DNA of 64,000 bases, from assembly GCA_035501555.1 (NCBI GenBank), contig DATJWA010000001.1, forward strand, positions 2,202 to 66,201. Direction: 5' to 3'. The DNA is from Thermoplasmata archaeon (GTDB taxonomy: Archaea > Thermoplasmatota > Thermoplasmata > Lutacidiplasmatales > UBA184). Positions within the stretch are counted from its first letter, which is position 1, and each line of letters opens with the position of its first letter. A program made the translations under genes and the position numbers. Under the pieces are notes generated by a model that saw nothing but the letters and a program-made list of their open reading frames with translations, was not told the DNA's origin and did no database searches. Shown here piece by piece: positions 36,520 to 46,676 of the stretch.

Positions 36520-37589
36520 CGGAGGAGCGGGTCCCGACCGCAATCCTCGGCGCGAGCGGCTACATCGGTCAGCACTTCGCCCGGCTGCTCGCCGAGCACC
36601 CCCAGTTCGCGGCGCCGCGGCTGGTCGGAACGGGCCGCTCGCACGGCCGGCGCCTCGGCGACGTCTGGGTCCTCGCCGAGCCCACACCCTCCTCGCTCGA
36701 GTCGGTGCGGCTCGAGGAGGCATCGCCGGCCCGGCTCGCCCGCTCCGGCGTCCGCGTGGTCTTCTCGGCCCTTCCCTCGGGCACCGCGGGGCCGATCGAG
36801 AGCGAGCTGGTCCGTCGGGGGGTCTCGGTCTTCTCGAACGCGGCGGACCACCGGCTCGACCCGCGCGTCCCGCTCCTCGTCCCTGAGGTCAACGCCGACC
36901 ACCTCGCGCTCGCCCTGCCGACGCGGAGGGGCCGCGGCCTTCTCGTGACGAACCCGAACTGTTCGACGACCGGGCTCGTCCTCTCGCTCGCCCCGCTCGT
37001 TCGGCTCCTCCGACCCCGCACGGTACATGTCACGACGTTCCAGTCGCTCTCCGGAGCCGGGTACCCCGGGGTTCCGTCCCTCGCGATCGCCGACAACGTG
37101 GTCCCGTACATCCCCGCGGAGGAGGAGAAGATGGCCCGGGAGTCCGCGCGGCTGCTTGGTCGCCGACGAGGCACGGAGGTCGTCGGGGCGCGGTTCCCGG
37201 TCCTCGCCTCGTGCGCGCGCGTCGCGACCCGCGAAGGCCACCTCGAGGCGGTCACGGTCGAGGCGACGGTCCCGACAACGCGAGAACGGATCGCGGGGGC
37301 CTGGACCGGGTTCGACCCGCTCGCCCGGCTGGGGCTCGCCACCGCCCCGCACCCGCCGGTCGAGCTCCACGCGGGGAGCGACCGGCCCCAGCCGTTGCGC
37401 GACCGGTGGGCGGGCAACCCCGCTCGGGCTCGCGGGATGGCAGCGGTCGTGGGGCGGGTCCGATGGGAGTACCCCTACCTCCGCTACTTCGTCCTCTCCC
37501 ACAACGCCGTGCGCGGGGGAGCCGGCGGTTCGGTCCTCAACGCCGAGTACGCGCTCGCCCGGGACGCCATCCCCCCGAGGAGGTCCTGA
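36516..37589 (+). CDS. asd: Aspartate-semialdehyde dehydrogenase (archaeal/fungal type)
   Basis: LGASG.IGQ, PL.VPEVN, NPNCST, QSLSGAGY, EE.K, HN.VRG.AG. Confidence 0.93.
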   Translation: MTEERVPTAILGASGYIGQHFARLLAEHPQFAAPRLVGTGRSHGRRLGDVWVLAEPTPSSLESVRLEEASPARLARSGVRVVFSALPSGTAGPIESELVRRGVSVFSNAADHRLDPRVPLLVPEVNADHLALALPTRRGRGLLVTNPNCSTTGLVLSLAPLVRLLRPRTVHVTTFQSLSGAGYPGVPSLAIADNVVPYIPAEEEKMARESARLLGRRRGTEVVGARFPVLASCARVATREGHLEAVTVEATVPTTRERIAGAWTGFDPLARLGLATAPHPPVELHAGSDRPQPLRDRWAGNPARARGMAAVVGRVRWEYPYLRYFVLSHNAVRGGAGGSVLNAEYALARDAIPPRRS

Positions 37590-37594
37590 GCTAC

Positions 37595-38911
37595 TTGGCC
37601 CGCCGTCGTCCGATCGTGCTCAAGTTCGGAGGGGCGTCGCTCGGCGACCCGGCCCGGGTCGTCGCCGATGTCCGGGCGGCCCTGGCCGAAGGGCATCCGC
37701 TCGTCGTCGTCGCCTCGGCCCGGGAGGGGGTCACCGACCGGCTGGCCCTCGGCCTGCGGCGGCGACGCTCGGCCGCGCTCCACCGGAGGATCGCCGCCGA
37801 GCTCCGTGAGCAACACCCCGGTCTCTCCGCCGCCGGCCGCGCCCACCTCCTGCGGCTCTCCCGCCTCTTCGCGAAGGCAAAAGGTCCCGGACCGCTCGAC
37901 GCCCCGCTCTCCGACCGGATCCTCAGCCAGGGGGAACGCATCTCGGTCGACTGGCTCGTGCAGGTGCTCCGTCGCGCCGGCCTGCCGGCCGTCGGGGTCG
38001 AGGCCGACCGCCTCGGCTTGGTCACCGACAACGCCTACGGCGCCTCGTGCATCCTCTTCGACCGCTCGGGGCCTGCCGTCCGACGGGGCCTCGGGCGAAT
38101 CCTTGGCCGCGGGGAGATCCCGGTCGTCACCGGCTACTTCGGCCGGAGCCTGGAGGGCCAGGTGGCCACGCTGGGCCGCGGCGGGTCGGACTACGCGGCC
38201 GCCGGCCTCGGCGCCCTGCTCCACGCCGAGCGGGTCGAGCTCGTCAAGCGCCATGTCGCGGTGCTCTCGGCGGACCCCCGCGAGGTGCCGGGCGCCCGTC
38301 CGTTGCCCGTCCTCTCCTACGAGGAAGCGGAGGAGCTCGCCCAGTTCGGGGCGCGGGTCCTCCACCCGCTCACGATCGAGCCCGCCCGCACCCAGCAGAC
38401 GGTCCTGCGGGTGCGCTCGCTCGAGGACCCGAAGGTCGTCACCACGATCGGCCCCGCCCGTTCGGGTCGTCGCAACCGGGCCCTCACCCTGCTCGGCCCA
38501 CTCCGTCTCTTGCGTCTGCGGGTCCCGGGGGGTCGGCAGCGGCCCGGGATCGTCGCCGAGGTCTCGCAGCGGCTCGCCGACGCCCGCGTGAACCTCGTGC
38601 AGCTCTACACCTCCTCGGCCCTCCTCTGCCTCGTCCTCGAGCCGTCGCAGGTCCTCGCCGCCCTCCGCGCGCTCGCTCCCCTCACGCTCGAAGCGGCGGC
38701 GATGGTCGAGGGACCGTTCCGGGTCGCGCTGGTCACCGTGATCGGCGACGGGGTGACGGCCGACATCCACCGGGTGCCGCCGCAGTGCCTCGGGTTGGCC
38801 GAGGGGTTCAGCGCGACCCCGCGGGCCCTCTCGCTCGCCGTACCCGAGGATGCCGGGGGGGACGTCCTGCGGAAGCTCCATCGTGCGCTGGTCGAGGAGA
38901 CGTCCTCGTGA
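37595..38911 (+). CDS. ask: Aspartate kinase (start TTG 37595 or CTG 37586 uncertain)
   Basis: KFGG.SL, V.SA..GVTD, GER.S, TLGRGGSD, ADP, SY.EA.ELA.FGA.VLHP. Confidence 0.9.
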   Translation: MARRRPIVLKFGGASLGDPARVVADVRAALAEGHPLVVVASAREGVTDRLALGLRRRRSAALHRRIAAELREQHPGLSAAGRAHLLRLSRLFAKAKGPGPLDAPLSDRILSQGERISVDWLVQVLRRAGLPAVGVEADRLGLVTDNAYGASCILFDRSGPAVRRGLGRILGRGEIPVVTGYFGRSLEGQVATLGRGGSDYAAAGLGALLHAERVELVKRHVAVLSADPREVPGARPLPVLSYEEAEELAQFGARVLHPLTIEPARTQQTVLRVRSLEDPKVVTTIGPARSGRRNRALTLLGPLRLLRLRVPGGRQRPGIVAEVSQRLADARVNLVQLYTSSALLCLVLEPSQVLAALRALAPLTLEAAAMVEGPFRVALVTVIGDGVTADIHRVPPQCLGLAEGFSATPRALSLAVPEDAGGDVLRKLHRALVEETSS

Positions 38912-40104
38912 CCGACCCGTGGGAGCGCTTCGTGATGCGCGCCGCGGGGTCCGAGAACGCCGGCTACTTCGAGCGGGCCGCGGGCCACTCGGCCCCGAAG
39001 GGGTTCGCCGTGTGGTTCGACCGGGGGGAGCTGCTCCCCCCGATCCGGTCGCCGAAGGACCTCGAACAGGCCCGCCAACGGGTGACCCGTCACCTCCGAG
39101 GGGGACGGCGGCGGTGCGCTCTCGGCTACCTCGGCTTCGACGCGGTCGGGTTGTACGAGCCGACGCTCCGACGCATCGCCGCCGGTTCGCCGTTTCCCCT
39201 GGGCGAGTTCCTCCTCGCCTCCGAGGTGAACGAGTCGATCCCCCAGCCGCGGGCGAGCACGCCCGAGAGCGTCGTGGCCCCGGTGCCCGCCCGGCCGCTC
39301 TCCGACTCGATGTCGCCCGCCCGCTTCCGGGCGAGCGTGGACCACCTGCGGCACGCGATCCGGGAGGGCGAAGCATTCCAGGTCGTGCTGGCCCATCGGC
39401 GAGGCTGGCCGCGACCGAACGACCTGCTCGAGCGCGCGGGACGCCTGCGCGCGCGAGAACGGTTCGGCTACTTCTACTACCTAAAGTGCGGGGACCGTGA
39501 GGTCGTCGGCGCGACGCCGGAATCAGTCGTTGAGGTCGACGGCCGCACCGCCCAGGTGAACCCGATCGCCGGAACTCTTCCCCATCGGTCCCCCGGCCAC
39601 CGGCTCCCGCTCCTGGACGACGCCAAAGAGCTCTCGGAGCACCGGATGCTCGTCGACCTGGCGCGCAACGATCTCGGCCGCGTGGCCGTCCCGGGTTCGG
39701 TGCGGGTCCTCTGGAAGGAACGGCGGGTCCGGTATGCCCGACTCGAGCACCTCGTGAGCCGGGTCGGGGCTCGCCTGCGCCGTGGGGTCGGTCCCTGGGG
39801 GGTGCTCGCCGCCGCGTTCCCGGCGGGAACCGTCAGCGGGGCTCCCAAGATTCGCGCGACCGCGCTCCTTCGTCGAGAAGAGGGGAGCTGGCGAGGTCCC
39901 TACGGCGGAACCGTGGGCCTGCTCCGGTCGGGGGGTCGAGCGGAATGGGCACTCGCGATCCGCTCCGGGTTCGCGGCCGGGCCACGTCTGTACACCGCGG
40001 CCGGCGCCGGGATCGTCCACGCCTCCGACCCGGCCCGCGAGTACGACGAGACCCTGGCCAAGCTCGCGATGGTCGAGTCGACGCTGGTGGCGGGGGCGCG
40101 ATGA
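38908..40104 (+). CDS. trpE: Anthranilate synthase component I (short, divergent N-terminus)
   Basis: GE.FQVVL, GA.PE, PIAGT, KE..EH.MLVDLARND, FPAGTVSGAPK.RA, AGAGIV..S. Confidence 0.9.
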   Translation: MTDPWERFVMRAAGSENAGYFERAAGHSAPKGFAVWFDRGELLPPIRSPKDLEQARQRVTRHLRGGRRRCALGYLGFDAVGLYEPTLRRIAAGSPFPLGEFLLASEVNESIPQPRASTPESVVAPVPARPLSDSMSPARFRASVDHLRHAIREGEAFQVVLAHRRGWPRPNDLLERAGRLRARERFGYFYYLKCGDREVVGATPESVVEVDGRTAQVNPIAGTLPHRSPGHRLPLLDDAKELSEHRMLVDLARNDLGRVAVPGSVRVLWKERRVRYARLEHLVSRVGARLRRGVGPWGVLAAAFPAGTVSGAPKIRATALLRREEGSWRGPYGGTVGLLRSGGRAEWALAIRSGFAAGPRLYTAAGAGIVHASDPAREYDETLAKLAMVESTLVAGAR

Positions 40105-40682
40105 AAGTCCTCCTCATCGACCACGAGGACTCGTTCGTCTACAACATCGCCCAGGCGCTCGCCGCGGAAGGGGCCAAGGTGGTCTGCCTCCGGGCCACCC
40201 GTCCGCTCCGCGACGCCTTGAAGGTGGACCCGGACGCCGTGGTCCTCTCTCCGGGCCCGGGCCACCCGAGCGACCTTCGCGTGACCGGGCTCTCGCGCGC
40301 TCTCCTCGAGCGCTGGGAGGGGGAGCGTCCGTTCCTCGGGGTCTGCCTCGGCCACCAGTTGATCGGTGAGTTCTACGGAGGCCGGGTGGCTCTCGCGCCG
40401 GCTCCGGTCCATGGGGACACTTCGCTGGTAGAGCACGACGGACGGGGGCTCTTCCGAGGCGTCCGTTCTCCGCTGGTCGGTGCGCGGTACCATTCCCTGG
40501 TCGTCGCGTCCCGGGGCATCCCGGACTCTCTCGAGGTCACGGCGCACGACGACGCCGGACTCGTGATGGGGCTACGCCACCGGCGACACTCGGTGGAGTC
40601 CGTGCAGTTCCATCCGGAATCGTACCTGACGCCGACGGGTCCCCGGCTCCTCGAGAACTTCCTTGCGGGGGTGCGTCGGTGA
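40101..40682 (+). CDS. trpG: Anthranilate synthase component II (glutamine amidotransferase)
   Basis: ID..DSF.YN, SPGPG.P, LGVCLGHQ, RYHSL, QFHPES. Confidence 0.94.
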   Translation: MKVLLIDHEDSFVYNIAQALAAEGAKVVCLRATRPLRDALKVDPDAVVLSPGPGHPSDLRVTGLSRALLERWEGERPFLGVCLGHQLIGEFYGGRVALAPAPVHGDTSLVEHDGRGLFRGVRSPLVGARYHSLVVASRGIPDSLEVTAHDDAGLVMGLRHRRHSVESVQFHPESYLTPTGPRLLENFLAGVRR

Positions 40683-41713
40683 TCGCCGACCAGCTGCGCC
40701 GCCTCGAGGACCCGCGCACCCTCTCCCCATCGGATGCCCGGGGGCTCTTCGAAGCGCTGCTCTCCCCCGGCACCAGCGAGCTCGAGCGCGTCGCTCTACT
40801 GCTGGCGACGAGCACCCGACGAGAATCGGGGGCGGAGCTGGCGCTGCTCGCCCGGGAGATGCGGAAGCGGGCGCGGCCGTTCCGGATCCCTACGGGAGAC
40901 GGCGCGATCGACCTGTGCGGCTCGGGTGGGGCACGCCTCCCCTCCTTCAACGTCTCCACCGTGAGCGCCTTCGTCGTCGCCGCCGCGGGGCTGCCCGTCG
41001 TCAAGCACGGGAACCGGAGCTCCCGCGGACCGTGCGGCTCGAGCGACCTCCTCCTCGCGCTCGGGCTGCCGGTGGACCGCTCGGTGGAGTTCGCGCGGGC
41101 CTCCTACCGCCGCTACCATCTCGCCTTCCTGCACGCGCCGCTGTTCCACCCGTCGACCCGGCTCGTCGCGACCGCCCGGCGGGCGCTCGGGATCCCCACG
41201 GTCTTCAACCGGCTCGGCCCTCTCTCCAACCCCGCCGGCGTGCGCGCCCAGGTCGTCGGGGTTCCCACGCTCCCCGCGACCGCCCGGGCCGCCGACGCGC
41301 TTCGTCGGCTGGGAGTGCGCAAGGGGCTCGCGATGTCGAGCCGGGAAGGGTGTGACGAATTCTCGCCGAAGCGCCCGACCGACGGGGTCCGGTGGACCGC
41401 CTCGGGCTCGCGCTCCATCACCGTCCGACCGGAGCGATACCTCGAGACCGACGAGCGGGCAGGAGATTGGGGTGCGCTCCCGGCCCCCGAGGCGGCCGAA
41501 GAGGCCGAGCGGGTGCTCGCGGGCGGAGGCGGAGCGCGCCGCGGCTCTGTCCTCCTGACCAGCGGGGCGGCACTCTGGGTGGGTGGTCGCGCACACTCGC
41601 TCGCCGAGGGAGTCGGGCAAGCCCGGGAGGCGCTCGACGGCGGGGCCGCGGAGACCCTGCTCGCCAGCCTGCGCGCCCTGTCCTCCCGGTTCCCCCCCGA
41701 GGAGGGAAGTTGA
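40679..41713 (+). CDS. trpD: Anthranilate phosphoribosyltransferase
   Basis: D.CGSGG, FNVST, KHGNR, GSSD.L, FL.AP.FHP, FN.LGPL.NP, G.DE. Confidence 0.92.
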   Translation: MIADQLRRLEDPRTLSPSDARGLFEALLSPGTSELERVALLLATSTRRESGAELALLAREMRKRARPFRIPTGDGAIDLCGSGGARLPSFNVSTVSAFVVAAAGLPVVKHGNRSSRGPCGSSDLLLALGLPVDRSVEFARASYRRYHLAFLHAPLFHPSTRLVATARRALGIPTVFNRLGPLSNPAGVRAQVVGVPTLPATARAADALRRLGVRKGLAMSSREGCDEFSPKRPTDGVRWTASGSRSITVRPERYLETDERAGDWGALPAPEAAEEAERVLAGGGGARRGSVLLTSGAALWVGGRAHSLAEGVGQAREALDGGAAETLLASLRALSSRFPPEEGS

Positions 41714-42516
41714 GCGGGGGATTCCTGGAGCGGATCGTCCGCTCGACCCGTGCGGCGATCGCCGACCCCGCCTACCTCGAGGGTCTCCCCCCGGAGGCCC
41801 CCGGCCGCCGGCCGAGCCTCCGGAAGGCGGTCGAGCGCGACCGATCCGTCGGGGCGTTGCTGGCCGAGTTCAAGCGCAGGTCCCCGGGGGCCGCCCAGCC
41901 GGACCTTCCCGTCCACACCCCCGCCGAGTTCCTTGAGCCGCTGGAACGCACCGGGGTGACAGGGTACTCCTGCCTGGCCTCGACCCCCGAGTTCCGAGGT
42001 CGGCCGGCGGACGTCCGCGAGCTCACGACCCGCACCGAGCGGCCGGTCCTGTTCAAGGAGTTCGTCATCGACCCGGTGCAGCTCGACGCCGCCGCCCGCG
42101 CCGGGGCGAGCGCCGTCCTGCTGGTCGCCCGGCTCGAAACGTCGGGATTCTTGGAGACCCCGCTCGCCGAGCTGGCGCGGGGGGCGCACGCCCGCGGCCT
42201 CGAGGTCCTCCTCGAATGGCACGAGCGCGCAGAATTAAGACGCACGGAGGACGTGGCCGCGGACGTGTACGGGGTGAACGTGCGGGACCTCGACACCCTG
42301 GAGCTCCGTCGCGAGGTCGCCGCGGAGACGATCCGCGCCGCCGCCGAGCGACGTCCTTTGCTGGGTCTCAGCGGCGTCGACGGTCCCGTCGAGGCGCGGC
42401 GGTTCTGGCAGCTCGGTGTGGACGGGGTCCTTGTCGGCAGCGCGCTCGCCCGGGCGCCCGACCCGGCCGGATTCCTCGAAGGACTACGCCGGGCTCGGTC
42501 CGGAGGGATGTCGTGA
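41710..42516 (+). CDS. trpC: Indole-3-glycerol phosphate synthase
   Basis: AEFKR.SP, PVL.K.F.ID..Q, GA.AVLL, GVN.RDL, LVGS.L; TTG start overlapping the trpD stop. Confidence 0.88.
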   Translation: MSGGFLERIVRSTRAAIADPAYLEGLPPEAPGRRPSLRKAVERDRSVGALLAEFKRRSPGAAQPDLPVHTPAEFLEPLERTGVTGYSCLASTPEFRGRPADVRELTTRTERPVLFKEFVIDPVQLDAAARAGASAVLLVARLETSGFLETPLAELARGAHARGLEVLLEWHERAELRRTEDVAADVYGVNVRDLDTLELRREVAAETIRAAAERRPLLGLSGVDGPVEARRFWQLGVDGVLVGSALARAPDPAGFLEGLRRARSGGMS

Positions 42517-43160
42517 GGACCTTCGTCAAGTTCTGCGGGCTCTCCGACCCGGCGACCCTTGCCGAGGTCCCCGACGGGGGCGCGGCCGGCTTCGTGATCG
42601 AGGTCCCGGGCTCGCCCCGGACCATCTCGGTCGAGCGCGCGACCGAGCTGGTCGGGCTCGTGCCGACGGAGGCCGAAGCGTGGGCGGTCGTAGTGGCGCC
42701 CACCGCCGAGCTGGTCCGCCGCCTGTTCGACGACGTCGGGGTCGACCGAGTCCAGGTCTACGGGCCGGTTCCCGAAGGCCTCGACTACCTCACGATGCAC
42801 CACCTCGTCCCGTCGCTGCCCGTCGGCGTTCCCGGCTCCGGTACCCCGGAGCCGGTCATTCCCCCGGCCGAGAGCTTCCCGAGGATTCACCTCGACGCCG
42901 CCGGCCAGCCGCTCCCCGGGGGCAGCGGCTCCCGGCCCGACTGGGAGGTCTGCGCGCGACTGGTCGATGCGAACCCGGGACGAAAGTTCGTTCTCGGAGG
43001 CGGCCTCACGCCGGAGAACGTCGTCGAGGCGCTCGGGACCGTGCGGCCGTGGGGGGTCGACGTCTCCTCCGGGATCGAGAAGGCGCCGGGGGTCAAGGAC
43101 CCGGCGAAGATGCGCGCGTTCGTGGAGGCGGTGGCGCAGCTCGAGTCGGGCCATGCCTAG
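42513..43160 (+). CDS. trpF: Phosphoribosylanthranilate isomerase
   Basis: VKFCGL, SPR, GGSG...[25 protein letters not shown]. Confidence 0.92.
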   Translation: MRTFVKFCGLSDPATLAEVPDGGAAGFVIEVPGSPRTISVERATELVGLVPTEAEAWAVVVAPTAELVRRLFDDVGVDRVQVYGPVPEGLDYLTMHHLVPSLPVGVPGSGTPEPVIPPAESFPRIHLDAAGQPLPGGSGSRPDWEVCARLVDANPGRKFVLGGGLTPENVVEALGTVRPWGVDVSSGIEKAPGVKDPAKMRAFVEAVAQLESGHA

Positions 43161-44313
43161 ACGGTACGGTCCCTACGGCGGCGCCTACGTTCCCGAGACG
43201 CTCGTCCCTGCCCTCGAGGAGCTCGAGCGGACCTGGACGGAAGCGCGTCGCGACCCGAAGTTCCGCGCCGAGCTGCGCACCCTCTCCGAGACGCTCGGGG
43301 GGCGGCCCACCCCGCTGTACTTCGCGCGGAACCTCACCCGCCGGGCCGGCGGGGCCGAGATCTGGCTGAAGCGCGAGGACCTCGTCCACGGCGGGGCGCA
43401 CAAGTTCAACAACGCGCTCGGTCAGGGGCTGCTCGCCCGCCGGATGGGCAAGCCCCGGCTGATCGCGGAGACGGGGGCGGGCCAGCATGGCGTCGCGACC
43501 GCGATGATCGGGGCAGCGCTCGGCCTTCGGACCGAGGTGTACATGGGCTCGGTCGACATGCGCCGCCAGCGCCCGAACGTCGAGCGGATGCGGCTGCTCG
43601 GCGCCGAGGTCCACCCGGTCACGACCGGGAGCCGGACGTTGAAGGACGCGATCAACGCCGCCCTCCGGGACTGGATCGCGAACGTTCGCACGACCCACTA
43701 CCTGCTCGGCTCGGCGGTCGGGCCCCATCCGTTCCCGGCGATCGTGGCGGACTTCCAGAGCGTCATCGGGCGAGAGCTCCGCCGCCAGTCGGTCCGTTCG
43801 TTCGGTCGGCTCCCCGACCTGGCGGTTGCGTGCGTCGGCGGGGGCTCGAACGCCATCGGGACGTTCCACCCGCTCCTGCGGACCCCGGTCGAGCTGCTCG
43901 GGGTCGAGGCCGGCGGGCGCTCGGCCGGCTCCGGGGGGGCGGCCTCCCTGAGCCGGGGCCGACCCGGCATCCTACACGGGACCTACTCGTACGTCCTGCA
44001 GGACTCCGACGGACAGGTGGCGGACACGGAGAGCGTCTCCGCGGGGCTCGACTACGCCGGGGTCGGTCCCGAGCACGCCTGGCTCCGCGACTCGGGGCGG
44101 GCCCGCTACGTGGCGGTCCGGGACCGCGACGCGCTCGCCGCTTTCCACTGGCTGGCCGAGGACGAGGGGATCCTGCCGGCCCTCGAGCCGGCGCACGCGC
44201 TGTTCGCGGCAGTGCAAGAGGCGCGCCGGCGTCCGTCGACCCAGCACATCGCGGTCACGCTCTCCGGCCGCGGCGACAAGGACCTCGAGGTGGTGCTGCG
44301 TGCGTCTCGGTAA
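43153..44313 (+). CDS. trpB: Tryptophan synthase beta chain (TrpB1)
   Basis: [57 protein letters not shown]. Confidence 0.96.
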   Translation: MPRRYGPYGGAYVPETLVPALEELERTWTEARRDPKFRAELRTLSETLGGRPTPLYFARNLTRRAGGAEIWLKREDLVHGGAHKFNNALGQGLLARRMGKPRLIAETGAGQHGVATAMIGAALGLRTEVYMGSVDMRRQRPNVERMRLLGAEVHPVTTGSRTLKDAINAALRDWIANVRTTHYLLGSAVGPHPFPAIVADFQSVIGRELRRQSVRSFGRLPDLAVACVGGGSNAIGTFHPLLRTPVELLGVEAGGRSAGSGGAASLSRGRPGILHGTYSYVLQDSDGQVADTESVSAGLDYAGVGPEHAWLRDSGRARYVAVRDRDALAAFHWLAEDEGILPALEPAHALFAAVQEARRRPSTQHIAVTLSGRGDKDLEVVLRASR

Positions 44314-45070
44314 GGCCCTCGTACGGGGCCGCGGCAGGGCGCCGTACCTCGTCCCGTACATCCTCGTGGACCGGGCGAGGAGCGGCCGCCTGGGGGCGAC
44401 CGTCCGGGCGCTCCGCGACGGGGGCGCCTCGGCCGTGGAGCTCGGGTTCCCGTTCTCCGACCCGATCGCCGACGGGCCGGTCCTCGCCGGGGCAAGCGGT
44501 CGCGCGCTCGGGCACGGGACCACCTGGCGGGACCTGCTGCGGGGAGTGCGGACCGCCGCGCCGCTCCTCCCCACCGCGGTGATGACGTACGCAAACCCGG
44601 TCTGGCGGCGAGGGCTCGACGTGGCACTTGAGGAACTCGCGACCGCGGGCGCCTCCGGTCTGATCGTGCCCGACCTCTCCTGGGAGGAGAGCGGCCCCTG
44701 GCGGGCCGGCGCGCGGCGGGCCGGGCTCGACCTGGTGCTGTTCGCGGCACCGGGAACCTCGCTCGAGCGGGTCGGCCGCATCGCCGCCCAGGCGCGGGGG
44801 TTCCTCTACCTCGTCTCCCGCTACGGTACGACGGGCACCGGGGCGACGCAGTCCGCGAAGGAGCTGCGCCCGCTGGTCGACGCGGCACACCGGTCCGCGC
44901 CGCGGCTGTCGGTCCTGGTCGGGTTCGGGGTCCGGGACCGCGCCTCGCGGGATGCGGCGCTATCGAGCGGCGCCGACGGCGTGATCGTCGGGACGGCACT
45001 CGAAGAGCGCCTGGCCGCGGGAGTCTCGGCGGCCGCGCTCACCCGCTGGGTCGCGGAGCTCGTGCGCTAG
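44300..45070 (+). CDS. trpA: Tryptophan synthase alpha chain
   Basis: [44 protein letters not shown]. Confidence 0.93.
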   Translation: MRLGKALVRGRGRAPYLVPYILVDRARSGRLGATVRALRDGGASAVELGFPFSDPIADGPVLAGASGRALGHGTTWRDLLRGVRTAAPLLPTAVMTYANPVWRRGLDVALEELATAGASGLIVPDLSWEESGPWRAGARRAGLDLVLFAAPGTSLERVGRIAAQARGFLYLVSRYGTTGTGATQSAKELRPLVDAAHRSAPRLSVLVGFGVRDRASRDAALSSGADGVIVGTALEERLAAGVSAAALTRWVAELVR

Positions 45071-46131
45071 GGCCGGATCCGCTCGAGCGAGAGGAACCGC
45101 ACCGACCCCGAGTCCGCGACCCCGGCGAGGAGGAACTCCTTGCGGACGCCTTGGGCCACCCGGACCCCGCCCGCGATCGTCGGCCAGCGGGAGCGGTGGG
45201 CGTCGGGCACCGCCTGGACGAGGTAGCGGGCGTGCGCGTGCTCCGGGTTGCGGGGGTAGGCGCGGAAATGCGCCCCGTACTTGAACCCCGTCTTGACGAC
45301 GAGCTGACGGGCGCGCAGGTCACGGTAGGCCGCCAGGCGCTCGGGGAACCCCGGGTCCAGGCGACGGGCGCGCGCCTCGAGTCGCTCGAACGGGACCGTG
45401 CGGCCGCTCTGCGCCTCCTTCAGGGTGAGCTGTCCCGTGGAGGCGAGGTAGGCGGCCTCGAGCAGGGAGAGCTCGAGCCGGTCGCCGACCCGGCTCCCGT
45501 AGGCGAGCGCCTTACCGAGCTCCTCGACCGCCGTCGCGTCGTGGACCGTGACGCGGTCCACGGAGAGCCAGCCCTCCGTCGGCGCGGCCAGCGGCCGCGA
45601 GGGGAGCGCCCCGTTCGGCGAGGGGCGGCGGACCCGGTAGTACGTGAGGTCGGACTCTTCGTCGACCAGCGCGAGGAGGAGCTGCTTCTTGGCCGATTGG
45701 GCCCGGGCCGCGAGGTCGAGCAGCTGGGCGAGGTCGAACGGCTCCCGCTCGCTGAGCGCCTCGACCCAGAACCGGGACGGGGTCTTGTGGAGGATCCCGC
45801 CACGCGGCAGGACCGAGAAATCGACCGGCGGCGCGCTCGTCCGGACCACGTACCCCCGCTGTCGGAGGTCGCGGTAGACGAGGTAGCGCACCGCGAAGCC
45901 CGCGTCGGCCCGGACCGCCCGGCGGAAAAGCGTGGGCCAGGCAAGAGCTCGGCCGGACCCTTCGGTGACGTCGGCCCGGCCCATCTCGGTGAGGTAGACC
46001 GCCTCGTAGCGGTCGAGGAGCAGGCTTCCGCCGGATTGCGGCGTACCGAAGTATCCCTTGCCGTACACCCCGCCGGCTTCCGTCGGGTCGTCGAACCGGA
46101 CGGTGGCGTCGGGCAGGACCCGACCGCTCAC
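45067..46131 (-). CDS. endA: tRNA-intron endonuclease (two-unit, alpha2 type)
   Basis: Duplicated units (EAVYL..VYRDLR.RGY.V; LEAAYL..YRDLR..VVKTGFKYG.HFRAY..H..Y..RVA.GVRK). Confidence 0.93.
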   Translation of the reverse strand: MSGRVLPDATVRFDDPTEAGGVYGKGYFGTPQSGGSLLLDRYEAVYLTEMGRADVTEGSGRALAWPTLFRRAVRADAGFAVRYLVYRDLRQRGYVVRTSAPPVDFSVLPRGGILHKTPSRFWVEALSEREPFDLAQLLDLAARAQSAKKQLLLALVDEESDLTYYRVRRPSPNGALPSRPLAAPTEGWLSVDRVTVHDATAVEELGKALAYGSRVGDRLELSLLEAAYLASTGQLTLKEAQSGRTVPFERLEARARRLDPGFPERLAAYRDLRARQLVVKTGFKYGAHFRAYPRNPEHAHARYLVQAVPDAHRSRWPTIAGGVRVAQGVRKEFLLAGVADSGSVRFLSLERIRP

Positions 46132-46676
46132 GCCCGGGCCCCGCGCAGGTCGCGGAGGGTTGCGAGCGGCTCCAGCCGGACGCCGACCGCGGCGAGCCGC
46201 TCGGTCGCTCCCGCCTCCCGGTCGATAACGACCACGGCCCGGTCAACGACCCCGCCCGCGGCCCGGATGATCTCGATGGACCGCAGTGAGCTGCCGCCCG
46301 TCGTCGAGACGTCCTCGATGAGGAGGACGCGCGAGCCGGGGGGGATCTCCCCTTCGTAGGCCTGACGGGTCCCGTGCTCCTTGACGGCCTTGCGCAGGAC
46401 GACGTACGGCAGTCCGGTCCGCAGCGCGGTGGCAACCACCAGCGGGACGGCCCCGAGCTCCATCCCCGCGAGACGGTCGGCGTTGCCCACGCGGGACGCA
46501 AGGGCCCGTCCCATCAGCTCGAGCCGTCGGGGGTCGGGCCAGGCGCGCTTGACGTCCACGTAGACGTCGCTCTTCTCGCCCGAGGAGAGGGTGAACTCAC
46601 CGAACTGCACCGCGTCGGCGTCCAGCAGCATCCGGATCAGCGCGTCCTGCGCGACGGGCTCGTTCGAAACCGTCAC
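46128..46676 (-). CDS. pyrE: Orotate phosphoribosyltransferase
   Basis: GEFTLSSG.KS..YVD, RK..K.HG, PRPP motif LIEDVSTTGGS. Confidence 0.94.
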   Translation of the reverse strand: MTVSNEPVAQDALIRMLLDADAVQFGEFTLSSGEKSDVYVDVKRAWPDPRRLELMGRALASRVGNADRLAGMELGAVPLVVATALRTGLPYVVLRKAVKEHGTRQAYEGEIPPGSRVLLIEDVSTTGGSSLRSIEIIRAAGGVVDRAVVVIDREAGATERLAAVGVRLEPLATLRDLRGARA

